From the NCBI GenBank assembly GCA_038087875.1, contig JAXLNO010002682.1, positions 186,001 to 250,000 of the forward strand: 64,000 nucleotides of DNA, in the 5' to 3' direction. Both the position numbers and the translations under genes were made by a program. The notes beneath the pieces are model-generated. The model had not been told where the DNA came from and searched no databases. It worked only from the letters and a program-made list of their open reading frames with translations. This DNA comes from Malacoraja senta (taxonomy: Eukaryota). Positions 60,826 to 64,000 of the stretch are shown here, one piece after another. Every line of letters starts with the position of its first letter. Positions within the stretch are counted from its first letter, which is position 1.

Positions 60826-62001
60826 CTGCGTACGAATTGGAATATATTCATCAAGTACGTCCTGTAGAAGGTCTTCAAGATCTGCCATATCATCGAGGTT
60901 CAGGTGCATCCTGGGAGTGTCTGTGAATCTACTGATGAATTCATAACTACTGTTCTGCAGATGAGATCTGAAAATCCCATCCCCCAAACTACCACTTGAC
61001 TGAGAGCCCGAGGGAGTTGTCTTAACAGGAATTGGTAACTTGCTGCCTTTTGGGCTTTGTACTGGTCTGTATTCAACATTGCTCACCAAGCTGAGTACAA
61101 AGTCCAGCCTTTGAGCATGCAATGAAGGATTCAGGACTTGACCATCAGAGAAATCTGATTTGGGACTTTTGTCATCTTTAGCACTTTTTTCTCCTTGTGT
61201 CGCTTGTCTACTGGATGCAGGACAGGACTCTCCTGCTGTTCGGAGAGATTCCACAGAAGAGGCTGGAGACATTTTATCCAGAGAGTCAGCATAGACAGAA
61301 GTCCTAGATTCACATGGACCGATAGACATAGTTTCGTGAATGACTGGCATTGCAAGTCCTTCCTCAGCAGTTACACTGCCAATAGCACTACTTCCACACC
61401 TGGCGGATGCATCACAAGGAACAGTCTTTGCTAGCTTTCGAGGAACTTTGCAAACTGCCTCATAGTCCGCATCATTCACACGCAATGCTGAGCAGCTGCG
61501 GCATTTCCGGGACTTGGCGGTTGAGGTCTCTGAAGTCTGACAGCTGTGAGTCTCCATAGCTTCCTCCCCATGTTCTGTCCAAGATTCATATCCTGAATAG
61601 ACAAAATCATCCTGCAGCAGAGCATGGTATCGTACATCAGGCAGGTCCGAAATATCCACTGCAACATCCTCCCCTTTGGCATCGGTGCTCGGTTCTTCAT
61701 TGGTTTTATGATAAAGGGTGGCAATGCAGTGCTTGATCCGATCCTTTTCTACAAGGAGCTTCTGTAAACGTTCAATGGACAGGGCCTCAATCCTTGCAAT
61801 GACTGTATCAAACCTGTAGACACGGTCCAACATGAAAGCACACTTGCTGCAAGCAAACTCTGCCTTCCCATCTCGGGATACCTCTTTGCTCAAGACATGA
61901 GATAGAATGACCTGAAGATTCAGTTTGGAAGCTGTGTGAAAGATCCATCGTCTCTGGTTACCATACAGCTCCCGGGCACAAATCCTGCAAACTTCCTTCA
62001 T
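60826..62001 (-). CDS. PDE4DIP: PDE4DIP SMYLE/MMG8-type first coding exon (392 aa; CxxC...CxxC N-terminus, SKLPIP EB-binding-type motif)
   Basis: ORF 60814..62055; the conserved Met is at 62001. Donor CAG|GTACTT after EYIPIRTQ, phase 0. Confidence 0.95.
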
Positions 62002-62529
62002 TCTGGTGCCCACTCTTGTGATGACTGCACAGAGTGATAAAGTATACAAAGTCAAGATTAAAACTTAAATAAACGTTGCAATCTTAATTTATCCTACAAT
62101 GTACGGTTTTACCGTTTGTCCAGTTTTCTCAATGTCAAAAAGTCAACTTGTTTGTACCATTAATAAATTAATGATTCAGAAGTCAAGTCTGAAATAATAA
62201 GACAGGAGGAATTTAACCTACAAATCCCTACATTTATTTTTAATTTTGGTCTGTAATTCAGTTCGATGAATGGTTCTCTTTCTGGCACCAGTTCAGATAA
62301 ATCGTGGTGTGGGCGCGATCTGGAACCATCTCCGGTGTAGAATGAACGCCTTACATCTCCATACAAATATCACGCCTTTAAAAATCTTCTTTTAAACATA
62401 AATACTCTGCAATAAAATATTAATTATAAATCAGCACCTCTTATAACTCCCTAATATGTTCTGTTATATATTCTCCGTTAAACGATTCATAATATATTAA
62501 ATGTAATTCCAGGTGAATTAAAAAACAAT

Positions 62530-63780
62530 CTGTGCTCGGGGGATTTCCGTGATTTCTGTTTTCGTCCCAACCCTCCGGGTTTATGAATTTTGGGAATATT
62601 CGGGATTCAAATCAGCCAGTAACATCACGATCAATAGAGAAAACAACGGGGCCGGGAAATGCACAGTAGTCCGTATTGTTCAGGAGAATTTCCTTGCCCG
62701 GTGGATAAACACTGGATAAATTGCGAGAATAGCTCCTCTTCTGCCCCGGTAATTCCGGCCATGTCACGACCCGAGGGAGACAGACAGACAGACTATGCGA
62801 CCTCCGCCCGTGTTCCTCGTCTTCACAGAGATGGAGGGATAGGAATGATCAGACCAGAGGCACCGCCCCTTGCGCCTCAACAAAGCCGTTGCCACCGAGT
62901 AACGGGACAGACTGTCGAGGATTCTCCATGCCGATATCGGGTGAAATCAGGTGCCGTAAGGTGGGTTTCCTGTGTTCAATGCCCGCCTCTCCAAGAGGGG
63001 AAGCCACTGTTGCAACTCCTAACCCGGCAGTGATGTGGCAACAATGTAGCCGAGAGCGACTCCGGCTTCCAGGGACCTGGGACCAACCACGTCGTTTCGG
63101 GGGAGAGTCCGCCGCATCTACTCGCTTTAAACTCAACACGGCGTCACACGCCTCGGTGCCAAGTACAAGCTTACAAAAATAACACTACATTCAATTCCCG
63201 GTGGTCTCTAACGACGTTAAAATTTCAGAAATCCTCTTTAAGGAAAGGAGTGACCTTCATTGGCACCCGTCTGGGCGGTGGTAGAGCTCTCTTCCCAGCA
63301 GCGCGGCCGCGACTAACAATCACCTAGTCTGTCGGTCGGCGATGTATTTACAGCCCCCAGCTTTGATGTGGCGCCTTGCTGCACCTATTACACGCAGAAA
63401 TATACTCTGTACAGCAATCCCTTTGTACTCATCGCGAATTAGACCATCACCGCTGCCAGTTTCAACGAGCCGGGCTGCCGGCCCAATGATATTCCATTGA
63501 CACAGAAAATTCACGTCGCGTTGTTGGCGCGCATTGTAGGAAAATCCCCAACAATTCACACTGCAATCGTTTTAAAAAATATAACTGAACGTCTATTCAA
63601 AACGCCGTACGGAGAGTCTGTACGGAACGTCCCTATTTTCTTAACCCTACGTTTGATTAAAAAAACAACTAAATCCTACCAGATTCTGATAAGTACCCTC
63701 GGTAGAAGTAAATATTATTGTGTGTTCAACTGGCTAAACTCAGCACGTAAAATACACGTTTTTCAACGGCTTTAGCACCC
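62530..63780 (-). promoter_or_regulatory. CpG-rich promoter/5'UTR region of the SMYLE-type isoform
   Basis: Sharp rise in CpG and GC content, with no recognisable repeats, directly upstream of the ATG at 62001. CCAAT at about 63483. Confidence 0.65.
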
Positions 63781-64000
63781 TTCCACATTCTTTGCGGCCA
63801 AAAATGCAATCACTAGAGATAAACACAGAGCAGACATTCTGCACAAGGCAAGAGTCTACTCACCAATGGCAACAAAGGCACAGAATAGTTCTAGAAGTAA
63901 AAATAAAGAAGTGCCGATGCTGGTTAATACACAAAAGGATTCAAAGTGCTCGAGTAACTCAGCGGGTCAAGCAGCATCTCTGGAGAACATGGATAGGTGA

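Larger units (their letters stand above)
5035..62001 (-). other. PDE4DIP: PDE4DIP/myomegalin gene body: 21 coding exons traced; long isoform continues past the window start
   Basis: The first exon translates to MKEVCRICARELYGNQRRWIFHTASKLNLQV..., nearly identical to the N-terminus of the human SMYLE/MMG8 isoform as I recall it. Downstream coiled-coil exons have GT-AG borders, consistent phase and recognisable motifs (AERQLYNSLVKFH, RPHSLDLG, QVDLQDLGYETCGRSENEAERE). Confidence 0.95.

Noticed and set aside
62002-62055. 18-codon N-terminal extension in the ORF track
   Set aside because: It starts at TTG; homology begins at MKEVC (62001).
62659-63559. Several 80-124-aa ORFs on both strands
   Set aside because: Expected in GC-rich promoter DNA; no domain similarity recognised.

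Overview
Eukaryotic (vertebrate) genomic DNA, most likely from a cartilaginous fish (skate/ray-like, inferred from the V-SINE/CR1/Penelope repeat content). The window lies almost entirely within PDE4DIP (myomegalin) on the minus strand. I traced 21 coding exons by hand, all with canonical GT-AG borders and consistent phase. They run from the large SMYLE/MMG8-type first coding exon (ATG at 62001, below a CpG-rich region at about 62.5-63.8 kb) to the DLGYETCGRSENEAERE exon at 5035-5151; the gene continues beyond position 1. Reading through the donor at 30489 gives a complete short isoform of about 1137 aa. The introns hold CR1 and Rex1/Babar LINE fragments, V-SINEs, an AFC-like SINE, two inverted IR/DR Tc1 elements, Harbinger-like and Tc2/pogo-like MITEs, and many Penelope-derived units with a minimal hammerhead-ribozyme core. 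There are no prokaryotic features (CRISPR, operons, rRNA, true tRNA). The best leads are: (1) short hammerhead-bearing units of about 130-200 bp that inserted independently with their own target-site duplications; (2) candidate unannotated alternative terminal and first exons of PDE4DIP; (3) inverted Tc1 copies bracketing three exons (circRNA/dsRNA potential); (4) a teleost-like SINE that could be a horizontal transfer. All family assignments come from recalled motifs, not database searches.
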